NCBI RefSeq assembly: GCF_038025025.1
Contig: NW_027117343.1
Location: 434,001-498,000, forward strand
DNA from: Phyllosticta citribraziliensis
Taxonomy: Eukaryota
Length of the DNA: 64,000 bases
Direction: 5' to 3'
This document shows, piece by piece, positions 1 to 11,615 of the stretch (position 1 is its first letter; each line of letters begins with the position of its first letter). A model generated the notes under the pieces. It was not told the DNA's origin. It saw only the letters and a program-made list of their open reading frames with translations, and ran no database searches. Made by a program: the position numbers and the translations under genes.

Positions 1-51
1 GAGCCAACTTCAACACCATTCTTTAAGTAATACCACCCTTCATCCGCCGCA

Positions 52-1850
52 TCATTTTTGACCAGAGCAGGAGTCACGGGACGCCATCCCAAGCTTGGCA
101 TCATCTTTAATGGCCTCCAGGGCATCATCGTCGCTGGTCTCGTCGATGACGATTTGCTCTCTCCAATCAGTTTCATCGCCTTGAAATTCCGGATGCTCAG
201 AATCCCGCTTCTGTTTCTTCCTCGGTGGCTCTGGATATGGGCCCATTTCGATCCACTCCGATCCCGCAGTCGAACTGTCCAGATTATGCGAGTCCTTGGT
301 GTTCGCATGATTCTGTCCGATTTTCGGCTTGCAGTGCAAACATGCGTCATGCTCTTCGTCGTTTGAGTCGATGAAGTCGGATCGGGCCTCCTCGTGAGCA
401 CCTTCGATGCAGAACTTCTCCTCAAGCAGCTTGTTGCTTCCCCCGACATGACAATACCTACACAGCCCTGATTCTTCCGCGAAGCGCTTTATGGCTCGGG
501 GGACTCGACAACCGCTGCATCTCAAGAAGGTCGGACTGAGGCTTGCAGTAGGCCGCAGGGTAGTGGCAACTGTCGTGGAGCTTGAGTGGGCGGGCCGCTT
601 TGCATCAGGTTGGATGTTATGATGTCTAAGCTGTGGTCCTGCTTCTTAAAGTCAGCAAGATGCATCCTCATCACCTGGGCTGAACTGACTGATGACAATC
701 ATGCCCTCTTCGGAGAGTGCATCGATAAATTTGCCGCGAAAGCTCCATTTGCTATCCTTTTCCCTCTTCGATATTCTCGGGTATTGGAAACCTTTGAGTA
801 ACAGCTGATCCGCAACGTGTTGGCAGGCGGCTCCCCTGGACGAGTACGAAGCTTTGAGTGATACAAGCTTCTTTGCCTCCTCGATCTTGTTTCTGATCGA
901 TTCTGTATCATCATTTCAGCCCCAAGTATTTTTCCTCAGGGCACAGAGGCTTCTCGAACCATTGATGATTGGTCCCATGAAGTATCGGGACGTTGCTTGG
1001 TCTGGCGGCATGACGGAGATGACGGAAGAAAGTTCGTCACAGCGCGTCGAATTGAAATATAAGCGGTAAGCTGATAGCAAGTTGCACTCTCTCAGGACAT
1101 GGTATGAGTGTGGGATGGAACAGACAAAGCGTTGAGTTGAGGTGGAGGGCCGGCGATGTTCAGGTTGCTCGAGCGAAGGTAGCAGGCGCACCCACTGCGA
1201 CTTCCAGCTTGGTCGCGGGACCTGCCACCCCGCTACGACCAGGGGCCTCTCAACTCCACAGTCGCCTCTGTTCGCCAATTTTATCTCAAACTGAACTCGA
1301 GACTCCAATCCAGGAGCGTTTCGCCAGGCACGAGCTTGGTCTTGAATGGTAGACTCCCTATTTCTCAACAGGCTGTGCTCAGGCGCCCAAAAATTGGCAG
1401 ACCAAGCTTGAAGGGCACAGACTCGACGATTCGTTGGTCCTGAGCGTGGAGAAGAGTGAGTTGGGAGTGGAGGAGGGAATCAAAGAGAGGGACAGACCGT
1501 ATCTGTTCTCTCCAGCGTGGGGCGCCACTCCTGAGTGAGGCCTGCGCTCGTTTGTGTCATTGGACAGCTTCATTTCACAGTTACAAGGCTGCCAGATTGA
1601 GTCAATGGCTAGCCTGGATCCAAACGTGCGCTTTGCGGGAGGAGGTGACATGATATCTTCAGCTTTCACAAATGTGGAGTTCCGTAGATTGTTGAGGCGA
1701 TAGAATCAAAATCTTCGCTTGCGCGAGTCACTACCATCAAACTGTACTTGAAGACTCGTAAGACGCTTTGAGATCACAGCCTTGAAGTCTGTATTGCTGC
1801 ACTGCTGTCGCAGACCCTGCGCTTAAGGTATTTCATGCGCATAATTTCGC
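52..1850 (-). pseudogene. Probable decayed gene of unknown function (protein-like frames interrupted by in-frame stops)
   Basis: The frame of ORF 916..1368 continues past TGA (916-918) as NDDTESIRNKIEEAKKLVSLK...KFIDALSEEG to a stop at 652-654. The frame of ORF 1379..1669 extends upstream through stops at 1706-1708 (TGA) and 1823-1825 (TAA). ORF 52..525 has CxxC...CxxC and PRKKQKR. No family recognised; boundaries approximate. Confidence 0.35.
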
Positions 1851-2175
1851 TCACTGGAGGGCTGTGATGAAGACCGCTTCGGTGCGGAGGAACAGGCGCA
1901 TTCGGTGGTCCGGTTTTGCATGATTTGCCCATGGACAGTCGTGAAGGACCTCGAGGTGTACCTTCAGGTGTCTCAAGGCCAGATCATGCTATGTGGTCGC
2001 AAAAGCTGGTGAATTGTCGAAAATGGTGGAGGTGAAGAGCGATCGCCGGCGAGACCGCGGCGGTGAGTTGCAGTCTAGAATCAATGAGGTCGTTCTACTT
2101 GAATTGAACTGAGTGCCAGTTCAAGCCATTCATTCACCTAGAGGCCGTGTCATCCGTCGGGATACCATCTCTGAC

Positions 2176-2780
2176 CATCACCTAGACGTTTGAAGTTACA
2201 GCATTCTGCCCCATTGCCGCTCTCGGTCAAAATGTGACTGGGAGCCCCGTTTTGAGACTTGGTACCCTTTGCTCCAAACAGCTGCAAGCCGAAAGAGGCA
2301 AGAGGCGAGAATCAACCACCTTCAAACGTCTGGGGGAGATGCCATGACTGAGGGATGCTCGTCGACCGTGATACAGCCTTTGAGGCTCACTTTGGAGCGC
2401 GGAGGCCACTTGGAGCCTGGCGCCTGCGATTATATGGCAACCCGAAGAGGAATGGCTAGCCAACTTCAAACGTCTAGGCGATAGGATGCCATGTCATCTT
2501 CTACCCGACAAACGACCGGCACGTTGCACCCCAAAGAGGAATGGTGAGCCAACTTCAAACGTCTAGGCGATGGGATGCCATGTTATCCTCGACCGGACAA
2601 ACGAGCGGCACGTTGCACCCCGAAGAGGACATGGACGCCGACGTCAAACGTCTGGATGATCAGGATGGCATGGCCTGGCAGTCCCTCTGCGATCCGATGC
2701 CATGCTATCATCTGAAAACCGAAAGAAGAACCAGTTCAGCGGCTGAAGGGGATCTAAAGACATCGTCTAGACGTTTGAAG
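2176..2780. repeat. 89-bp tandem repeat array with dispersed and inverted copies of the core CTTCAAACGTCTAGG
   Basis: The core unit starts at 2461, 2550 and 2639 (period 89). There is an extra forward core near 2317 and reverse-complement cores at about 2181-2197 (cctagacgtttgaagtt) and 2761-2780 (catcgtctagacgtttgaag). Confidence 0.9.
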
Positions 2781-3558
2781 AAGAAAAAACCAGCTCAAAT
2801 TACCCTTTTGGGCGAAGTGTTGTCCGCTGGGAGTGACTCCAGTTTTGAATGGAATTTTGAACTTATTGAAGCTGAGCTGCAAGCCAGCCTGCTCATCTGT
2901 GACATTTATGTGCGCAGGCGCAGTGTTTTGACACGTTGGTTCAACGTGCGTCCTGCTTAGCGAGAAGGACGGCGCGGCGCGGCGCAAGCGACTGAAAAGA
3001 GCAGCCGCAAAACGTGCTGGAAATCGCGCTGGGTGGCGAGGCGCAAGTGACATTGATATGTGCTCTACACTTATGCCTCATAGGCCCGTCTCTATATTAT
3101 TTTGAGGATGCTGGCTCTACGTAGCGGTTGAAGGACGATGCTGTGTGGCATTTCCCTCGAAGAAGGATGAGGCGCAACAGGCCCTTTCAGCGTGAAGGCC
3201 ACGAGGAGCATTCGTACTCCTCTGAAGGGAGCAACAGGGAGCATTCAAGGCTCAAGCCATGGAGGTACGAACAAGGAGCGGTCGAACTCCTCTGCGGAGA
3301 GGTCGTAGGGAGCAGCCGAGCTCATGGAGTAGCGGGAATCTCCAACCGCGGACCCCAGTAAATCAATTATCTAGGTGCTACAGCTTTTGCTGCAGTCCCT
3401 ATGGACTTGAATAGTGAAAATATCAATTAAAACGTTTCTTCGATCGTTAAATGCGTGACGCTTGAGCCCGCCATCTGTGCTCAGTGGGCTCCGTGTGTTC
3501 ACTTCCCGTCGCTCATCCCCACCCTCCCTATTCTTGATCAGCCTTGCTCTTCTTCCAC

Positions 3559-5604
3559 TCAGGTTGATTCCTCGTCATCTAAGCTCTGCTTCGAACTGCG
3601 GAAGCCGCAAGCCTTGCCCCACCGGAGAGCAAGTAAGTCTGAAGTCGTTTCCTTTGCGTTTGCCCAGTTTTCAGCCACGATCTCCCGCGTTGGCTTCTGA
3701 AAGACCAAATCGATCTCCTCAAGGGTCTTAAACGCCGTTTCTGGCATTAGAAATAATTGGAAGATCCAGCCCGCCACGGCGATGCCGCCGTAAAAGCCCA
3801 ATGTCAAACCGATTCTCGACATGCTCTCCTGCATTTTCGAGAAATTGAAGGTTACGATGAAAGAGCAGAGGAAGAGCAATGCGTCTGACGTCGTCATGCC
3901 GTAGGAACGAAGATACGTGGGGTAGACCTCGCTAGGGACAACTAAAAGCCGTTAGCTCAAGTTCTGATTAAAGGAATGGGGTAGGAGAAGCTTTTTGGGA
4001 GTGGGGATCGCTTTTGGACACTTACCCCAAGTCAAGCAAGCATAGCTGCCAAAGAAGAGGTTGTAGAGGATGAGGCCAGTGAGGTATAAGCCTTGTTGCC
4101 CCACAACGGTCTTCAGCTCGTAGCTAACGCCGACCATGACCAATCCAATGAAGAAACACGGAAGCATAGCCATTGCCCAGAAACGACGGCCGGCTCTTTC
4201 CATGTACAATACGGCTGGTATAGTTCCAAAGAGCAGGGCGCCGCCGCCGACCAAAGACATGTACGTCGCGTCGAGGTCGTTGAAGCCGATTTGCGACATC
4301 AAAATTGACATATAGTATAAAATTGCGTTTATACCTGTCAGTTGTCCAAGCACTAGAGGCGAGAATCAGTATGAGAAGACGTTGTAGGGGTGTGGGGCGG
4401 GTTGGTGTTGAAGTCAGGGGTGGGTTTGTGTTGAAGTTCATGGGCGGGTAACTTACTGATCATGACGTTGGCGTAGATCAGCGCGCGCCTGGCGCGAGGG
4501 ACTGTGAAGAAGTCCATCCAGGGGAACATGCGGTTGCTGGTGCCGGCAGCAATCTCTGCGTCCTCCTGTTCTTGCGCAATCTTGACATCGAAGAATTCTT
4601 GCCGGCTTTCAGGATTCTCGACTCCCCGAATGCGCTTCCACACCTTGAAAGCTTCAAGGGTCTTTCCCTTGTGTACCAGAAAGCGTGGGGACTCCGGCAA
4701 GTAGAGCATACCAAAGCCCATGATGGTCGAAAAAATCACCGACGACCCCAAGATGTAGCGCCAGTTTCCAGGTACTTTGATGAACATGGCGGCGACAGCA
4801 TAGCCAAGGACCTTGCATGTTTTAGCAGGCGTGAGACGGTCGGCTGGAATCTTGGTAACATACCTCGCCCAAAGCAATGTTCAGTTGGTACAAACTGACC
4901 AAGTTGCCCCTGAGGCGGCGCTCCACAGTCTCTGCAACATAAACAGGTACAGTTCCGCCCTCAAGGCCGACGCCGATCCCTAAAATAAAGCGTGCTGCGA
5001 CGATCATTCCGAAGTTTATGGACCCTGCCTCGAGTCCGGCACCGATTGTATAGAGGATACATGATATTATGATGGACCAGCGGCGCCCGAACCATTCGTT
5101 GGAGGGCGAGAGAAGGAGGGCTCCAAAGACGGCGCCCAATGGCATTCCACCGTTGACAAGGGAGTTTTGCGAATCGGAAAGTCCAAGATCTTTGGGGAGG
5201 AAGAGGTTTGCACCGGAGATCAAAGACTGGTCGAGGCCGCTCAGCAAACCTGCGAGAATTAGATGTATCCAACACACAACGAACATGGAATACTGACCGC
5301 CCATACTGGCAAAAATGACGAGAGTTATTGTGAAGCGTTTGGGGGTCTTGAATTCGAGGTCAAAGACTCCCTTGTGATAACCTTCGGTCTTGTGGTCGTC
5401 CTCCAGCTGGTTGATCAGGGCATCGACTTCCCAGGCGCTGTTCTTTGCCGTTTCCAGCCCTGCCTTTTCATTGGCGACCGCTGGAACGCTCCCAGTGTGC
5501 ACCACATCTTCAATCAGTGCATCCTTGGTCGCACCACTTTTTTCAACGTGTGCTGCGTCATTGCTGGCCTCCAACGCCTTGTCGGAGCTCTTGATGTCGG
5601 CCAT
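3559..5604 (-). CDS. MFS sugar porter family transporter, polyol/myo-inositol-like (5 exons)
   Basis: Motifs GLDQSLISGA, EWFGRR, LPESPRFL, QLTGINAILYY, ERAGRR, VPSEVYPTYLR and PET. GT-AG introns at 5250-5297, 4812-4863, 4353-4456 and 3942-4025 join ORFs 4822..5604, 4353..4877, 3952..4353 and 3559..3897 in frame. Confidence 0.93.
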
Positions 5605-5637
5605 ATCGTAATGAAGAATAGAGGCAGGCCAATGCTA

Positions 5638-5860
5638 CCGGGGTATCAGGAAAAGAGGACTCAATGGCGGGGAGAAAATTCCTTGTTTCCTGGCGGACGG
5701 AGCGGCTCTTTATGCTGGCGCGAAAACTCCAGGTGACACACGACTGCCCCGCTACACGGCTGACTTTGGTGTACTGGAGAAGCCCGATAAAGGCGGCGGG
5801 CCGATTCATTGGGACAGTGCCCCGGCTTCTGGGACTTCGAGACTGGGGTTGGTTCCGGAG
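5638..5860. promoter_or_regulatory. Cluster of CreA/Mig1-type SYGGRG sites upstream of the sugar porter
   Basis: SYGGRG on either strand at 5638, 5667, 5727, 5747, 5774, 5820, 5843 and 5855. Motif match only. Confidence 0.45.
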
Positions 5861-7629
5861 AAGAGGAAGAGTGACATGAGAAGTGCAAGGTCCTCTTGTC
5901 GAGACTTGCCCGCGTTTGTCAACACTGAATCTGTGCTGACGCTAGTGCCCCACAGCGACGCCAATGACGGGGGAGCGCGAGAGAGCTCCTGGCTTTCTCA
6001 CAAACTTTGGGATGAGCAATGGGCGCGAGGGTACCATGCGGCGCGGTGGTGGCCTGCCAGTCGTGTGGAGGGATGTTGAACATTCCCGGTATCTGCACCG
6101 GAGCCGACACGCATGACCCTGCCCGACAGGAACCTATCCCTCTGTTGCTGAATCGTACCCGACCATGCCGCCACCGTAAGGACCGGCTCACACCGACCGG
6201 CCAGGCCCTGTCGGGAAGTGTTGCGAATGCACTGATCGGCGCGCCAAGGGAGCGAAGCGTTGAGGAGATACTTGGCCAACAGTTCCTACGCCAAACACCT
6301 TTCGAATGTACCTTTGAGGTACACGGTAAGAAATTCCAGGAGAAAAAGGGCCGGAAGCGAGTTGACGAAGCAGAAGTCCGAACTGAAAGCCTCGCCCCAA
6401 CCCCAGGCCCCACTTTCTGAGGCCGGGGCGAAATGCGCGCAGCAAGGTGGAGTTGACCGACCCCGTGGCACAAATTTTCGCGAATCGCGGGTTTCCCCAT
6501 CCTGTACTCCGAACCCCCGCGCTTTCTTCCACGCCATTCCTCTCTGGGACGACCATGAGCGTGCTCACGATGTCTTTGAGATTTATCCGGACAGCAAAAA
6601 TGGGCGAAACGAGTGTTCTTCCACCACAAACTCATGAAATCAGCCTTACCCGCGCACAAGACGATCGCCAAGCAGGATTTCCGCAGCCACTTACCCTGAG
6701 CGCGGTGCTTCTGGAAGCTTGTCGTCCCGAACGAGCCAGGGATGCCTCGTGGACGCAAGACATCGTCCCGAGCCACTCAACAGGTCAAACTGGCATCTCT
6801 GGGCGATCTGGTTGATTATTTGAGTGCGCTTCGTCACTGTTCTGGTGTTGATGCATTGAAATGCTCTCCGCACTCACGTGACTTTGGTCTCCCCGTGGGG
6901 AAGGGGAATCTGCATCGACCAGCGGGGAATTTGTGGTCCCATTGTCGCTCAGCAGCAGCGCGGACCACGCTGGAGTCGAGTGACTGGAACTGTTAATGTC
7001 TTCCAGAAGCTGACCTCTCGTCAACATCACACCATGATCTTGAAAGAACTCGACGACTTCGCCGCGCTCGCGGCCAAGAGTCAGACGTCAGCGCTTTGGC
7101 CACACGCCATCCTTCTTTCTCCTCGAAGGCGGTCGACGCCGGCCGGTGGTTTTCGGGGCTTTGCCCACAACGGGCCAACTCCACGACTTACCCCCGGCCT
7201 CCGCCTCCAACGATTTCCGACGCGCCCATGGGGACACGCACTGCACGTCTGCCCCCAGAAATGACGCCTTGCACACGTCGGCGAAGTGCGGTGGCTGCAA
7301 TCAAGTTCTGGCAGCACTTCCTGCCTTGGCCAGGCCATGTTGTGGTCTAGCCTTGTCGGCGCTGTTTCGATTTTGAGCAAAATTTTCCACGAGAAGCCTT
7401 GACGTCGGGAACAGAAATCCGTCCACTTCCTGGTGACACGGAGCTGTGTCACCGTGCCCTGCGCTTGGATCTGACTCGCGCCTGGAAGGATCACTGGAGG
7501 TTGAGCAACGATGTCAGGACGCAGTCCAGGCTCCTGTTCAATTTCTATGATGGAACGACCGACGAGTAAACAACGTTTCATTTCGAACTTTCCACGCGCA
7601 ATGCGATGGCTGATTCCAACCTTTCAAAC

Positions 7630-8989
7630 TCAAGCAGGGTTCCAGGCCGCAGAAACATGAACGAAATCCGACCATGGCCACTCAGTAAACTCAACCGGTC
7701 CAAACCTCTTGTCTGCAGTTTTGAAAAGCTGCTTCCATTCCTCTTTCATTCGCTCCTTCCCGTTGTGGGTTGCCAGCATCGTCAGATCTGAGAACCTGAG
7801 CACCACATTAGCCACTCATCCTGTACGCTCTAAACTGATTGGAAGAGCTCACCTCTTGAAGCGTTGCGCGTTCTCCGGTTTCGCTTGCTCGGGAATCACC
7901 CATTCGTTGATCACGACCCTGGCCCCTTCCTTCATCGCTGGAATCAAGCTGCGCAAAATTCGGATGCAGTACTCGTCTCCCCAGTCATGGAAAATCTTGG
8001 AGAAGAAGTAAACGTCGGCACCCTTGACCTGTTGCTCCGTAAAAAAGTCCTGGGCCTGGAACGAGACGCGCTCCTTCAACTCCGGTGGCAACTCCTTCGC
8101 CGCGATCTCAACAGTTCCGGGCAGATCCTCGACAATGAGTTTCAAGTTCTTGGTTACTCGAGCGATGGCCAGGGCAATGTGTCCAAATCCTCCCCCGACA
8201 TCCACCATGACAGCCCCAGGACGGTCGATTTCTTGCCAGAGGGACGACGCTGAGTGCACCGTTGTGTTGTGGATCCCGCGGAAAGCCTTGCCAGCACGCG
8301 TTGCAAGCTCGGGATGCTTCTCAAAGTAATTGAACAGCGGCTCGTCCGTCTGATATGCCAGGTTGAACCCAGATTCGTTTGGCTCTTGGGAACCGGGCCA
8401 TTTTTCGACCGCATCGAGAGCCCGCATGTGGAAATTGATGAGATCCTCGGAGACAAATCCCACAAACGAAAGGAAACTCGTGTCGAGCAGACAGAGACTC
8501 GTAGCGTTGTGATTGAGCGAGCCGGGCGTCTTTTCCTCGAAGATGCCCGTGGTCACAGCATTGCGCAAAATACGTTTCAAAACTGCTTCCTGCATCCCAG
8601 TTTGCGCAGCGAGCTGAGCAAACGTCGTACCCGTCTTCTGGTCAACCTTTGTAGGAATGTCATAACGGTAAATGGCCTGAAGGCTGAGAATATCGGTGGC
8701 CTATGCAACACACATCAGCATCCACCACTCTTCCATTTTCGGCCGATTTGCCGCTCACCGTGCACATTTTTTCCCGGATAAAATCCCTTGGACTGAGGGA
8801 TTGTCTCAACAGCTGGCCTGCTGTATTGATGAGCGTCTCCCGGCTGTTCTTGAATTCCACAGAAAAGTTGTCGGGATTTGGAGCGCCAGCCGTGGTCGCT
8901 AAACTGGAAATCTCTCGTCCGGCTGCCTCATGCTCATCGATCTTCTTCGCTTCGACGAGAATCTGTTCGGCTAAGGCGGTGAACGACAT
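7630..8989 (-). CDS. SAM-dependent O-methyltransferase (fungal class II, OmtA-like; 3 exons)
   Basis: SAM motif VDVGGGFGH, plus DLP, QDFF, IFHDWGDE and C-terminal NGKER..EW..L. ATG at 8989; introns 8701-8758 and 7796-7852 give a continuous frame. Confidence 0.92.
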
Positions 8990-10029
8990 GTTGGACTGCC
9001 AACAGAGAGTTGCGATGGGGGTCAAGTCAGTGGGAGTGTCAAGCTCGACTGGTCGAAATCTATTTTTCCAGGAGGGAAGCTCGAATAAATACGCCAGGTT
9101 CCAAGCCTCAAGTTACTGGGCAGAGCGATATGAACAACTCAACTTCCTCCACGCGGCATTAGTAACGCACATCTCCGCAGTACGGCAGAAGCGCTCAGGC
9201 TTCAAGCACTTCCAGATGGGGGGCGGAACGGCTTCCGTCGCCAAACACATGGCTTCAAAGTGTCTTTCCGCCCGCCTCGCCCGCAGTCGCGGGTAGGTCG
9301 GCAAAGACGGGATCGTGGCATTGGCGAGACGGAACCGTTTATTAACGTAGGGCTGTCCCTGCAAGTGGGATCGGAACATGGTGTTGATGCTTGGCAGGGT
9401 CAGTTGCCTAGGAACCGGAAAGGCCGCGGAGAGCACATCAAGGCGCCGTGTCTAAAGCCGCAGCAGCCGGCTGCTTCCACTTCTACCTCACAAAGCACTG
9501 TGTTTCAACCAACGCTGCAGCTACATAGCCAGCACTCCCAAACGACTTCGAAACAGCCTCACAGATTCCGTTTTGCGGAACTCCTTGCACCGCGCAACGA
9601 TGCGCATGAAGTACATCTTCCGTTGGCTCGATGATCCGCTAATACGGTGCTGTCTATTACCAGGTCCCGCTTGTGGAAGCATAAAGATGCACTATACGGC
9701 TCGCAGCGTTTTGACCCTTTCTGTCGACGAGAATCCACGATATGCGGGCCAATCGTCACATCCGAATCCGAAAACGAGCTCGCGCCTTTGCAACCGCTTT
9801 CCCAAGCATCTCCATGAGGAAATTATTCGCGGCAGTAGACAAGCTATCGGCCGGAACACATCGACAGTCAGCAGTCATTCAGCATGGTTGAAGAGCAATA
9901 GTATTGCGCAGACTTGATTGTTTGTGGAGTCCTTGGCCACGCGTTGCAAAAGAAGAAAAAAGACAAGAATTCAAAACACCGGAGTATCAAGACATCAAGA
10001 ACACCACCGCAACGTGCTGTCAACTTTCT

Positions 10030-11255
10030 CTACGCATTTGGCAACAGTTCCTTCAAAAAGCGCCTCCATTCGTCAATTTCTGCGTCTCTCATTTCCAACT
10101 TCCGTTCCGCGTCCAGGAGCGCCCAACGCTCCTCCGCACACCCTCGAAAGCACCAATGGAGACGGCTGGATACCATCTTGTCACCATGGACGAGAAACGC
10201 GTACGACGCAGAGTTCAGAAAATTTTCCAGGCGCCCTATCTCCATGCAATTCCCATTCCACGAAAAATGCGGGGTTTGGTATGGGTGGAAGTACCCGATG
10301 TTCCGGACGACATGCTCGGCGTTGACTTTCGGAATGTAGAGCACTTCCCTCTGGATGGCAGATGCGGTGGTGTTCAGGGTGTCGAGGCGCTCGATGATGG
10401 CGTCGTCCATGGACGTCATGTCGCGTCTTCGTATCGAATCAAAGTCGGAATTGTAAAGCTTCCAGGATCCAACGCGCCCGGTCATAAGGGTTTCGTTGCC
10501 CTCGGATGTCTTGTATCGCTCCCAAGCCAATCCTACTTCTGCATTTGGGGGCTTCCAGGATGCAACGCTCTCGGCGGCGGCGGTGCTGCTGCCCTCGGAT
10601 GCTTTGTCCCGCTCCGAATCTGATCCTACTTCTGCGTCAGAGAGCTTTCAGCATTCAAGGCGGGGGCGGCGGCGTTACCATTCCCCCCTTCAGATGAATT
10701 GTTGCTACCACCTACATCTAGTTTCCAGGATGCAACGTCCTCGACGCTGGTCGGACTGCCAACCTCGGATGTCGTGTCGCTTGCCTTCAGCAACCCCATC
10801 ATAGCAAAGCCCTTCCGGTGCTCGATGAGATGCTTCTCCCGGGCTATGGCGTGACACGCGTCCAACGGCAGGCTCTGACCACCCCAATGATCCCAAGACC
10901 ACCGCTTGAAAGTGCCCTTGACGAACTGTCGGCCCTTCCGAAGCAGCAACTCACCGTCCTCAAGGCAAGCATCAGATTGACGAAACGGGGTGTTGGCAAG
11001 CTTGAATCGAAGGAACAAGCCTTCGGGGTCGTAGTGCTCGACGAAAAGACGCAGCGCCACGAGCTCCGCCATTTCGACTGCCAATTGCCTGGGCCGAGCG
11101 GCTTTGAAGACCTCGTACATTGAGAAAAGACGGTAAGCTTCGGCGAGCAAGAATTCCAGCTCGGTGGCATTGTAGACACCGTACCCGGCTTCGTCGCGCT
11201 CAGAATTGCAGTGCGTGTAAATGAAAGAGAGCGCTGCTTGCGCTTCGCTTGCCAT
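10030..11255 (-). CDS. Unknown protein, paralog A of the tandem family (about 392 aa if a 47-nt intron is spliced; otherwise a frameshifted pseudogene)
   Basis: ORF 10626..11255 carries the shared motif GYGVYNATELEFLLAEAYRL...FVEHYD. A candidate intron at 10632-10678 (GTAACG...CTGACGCAG) joins it in frame to ORF 10030..10530. TATAA lies upstream near 11346-11350. Confidence 0.6.
10458..10775. repeat. Degenerate ~93-bp (31-codon) internal tandem repeat
   Basis: The unit gcttccaggat(g/c)caacg...ccctcggatg...tcctacttctgc recurs at 10458, 10551 and 10644 (period 93) and again at 10721. Confidence 0.8.
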
Positions 11256-11615
11256 GACTGACGGAGGATCAGCAGTGTGGACGCAACCCAGTTGGTCAAA
11301 GCACTCTCGTTGAACTATGGCGACCCTGCTGAGGGAGCGTCCTACTTATACTAGCAGCGCGGGGCTTGTGGAAACATCACGAAAGCGCAAAACAAAACAA
11401 GTGTCCGAAACTCCGCCAGAAGCATCCAAACAAATCCAGACTCCGACAAACAGATGACTAGGAAGAGTTCAAGTAGGCCCCTTTGCGAACCAAACCATAC
11501 TACTGATTCCCTACGTGACTTGGCCAGTTTCCAGATACAGAAACAAATAGAGAGCGCTCTGCCGAAGAACTCCTGCCAAGAGAAAGAAAATCTGCGTGGG
11601 GAACATGGGTTGCCA

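Noticed and set aside
2441..2672. 89-bp array as a CRISPR array, or ORF 2541..2960 as a gene
   Set aside because: Whole units are repeated without unique spacers, the context is eukaryotic, and there are no cas genes. The period is not a multiple of 3, so the ORF is probably incidental.
5919..6776. 285-aa minus-strand ORF
   Set aside because: Arg/Gly/Ser-rich with no motif; it lies in the GC-rich upstream region of the transporter.
9904..10623. 239-aa plus-strand ORF
   Set aside because: Antisense shadow of paralog A's C-terminal frame.
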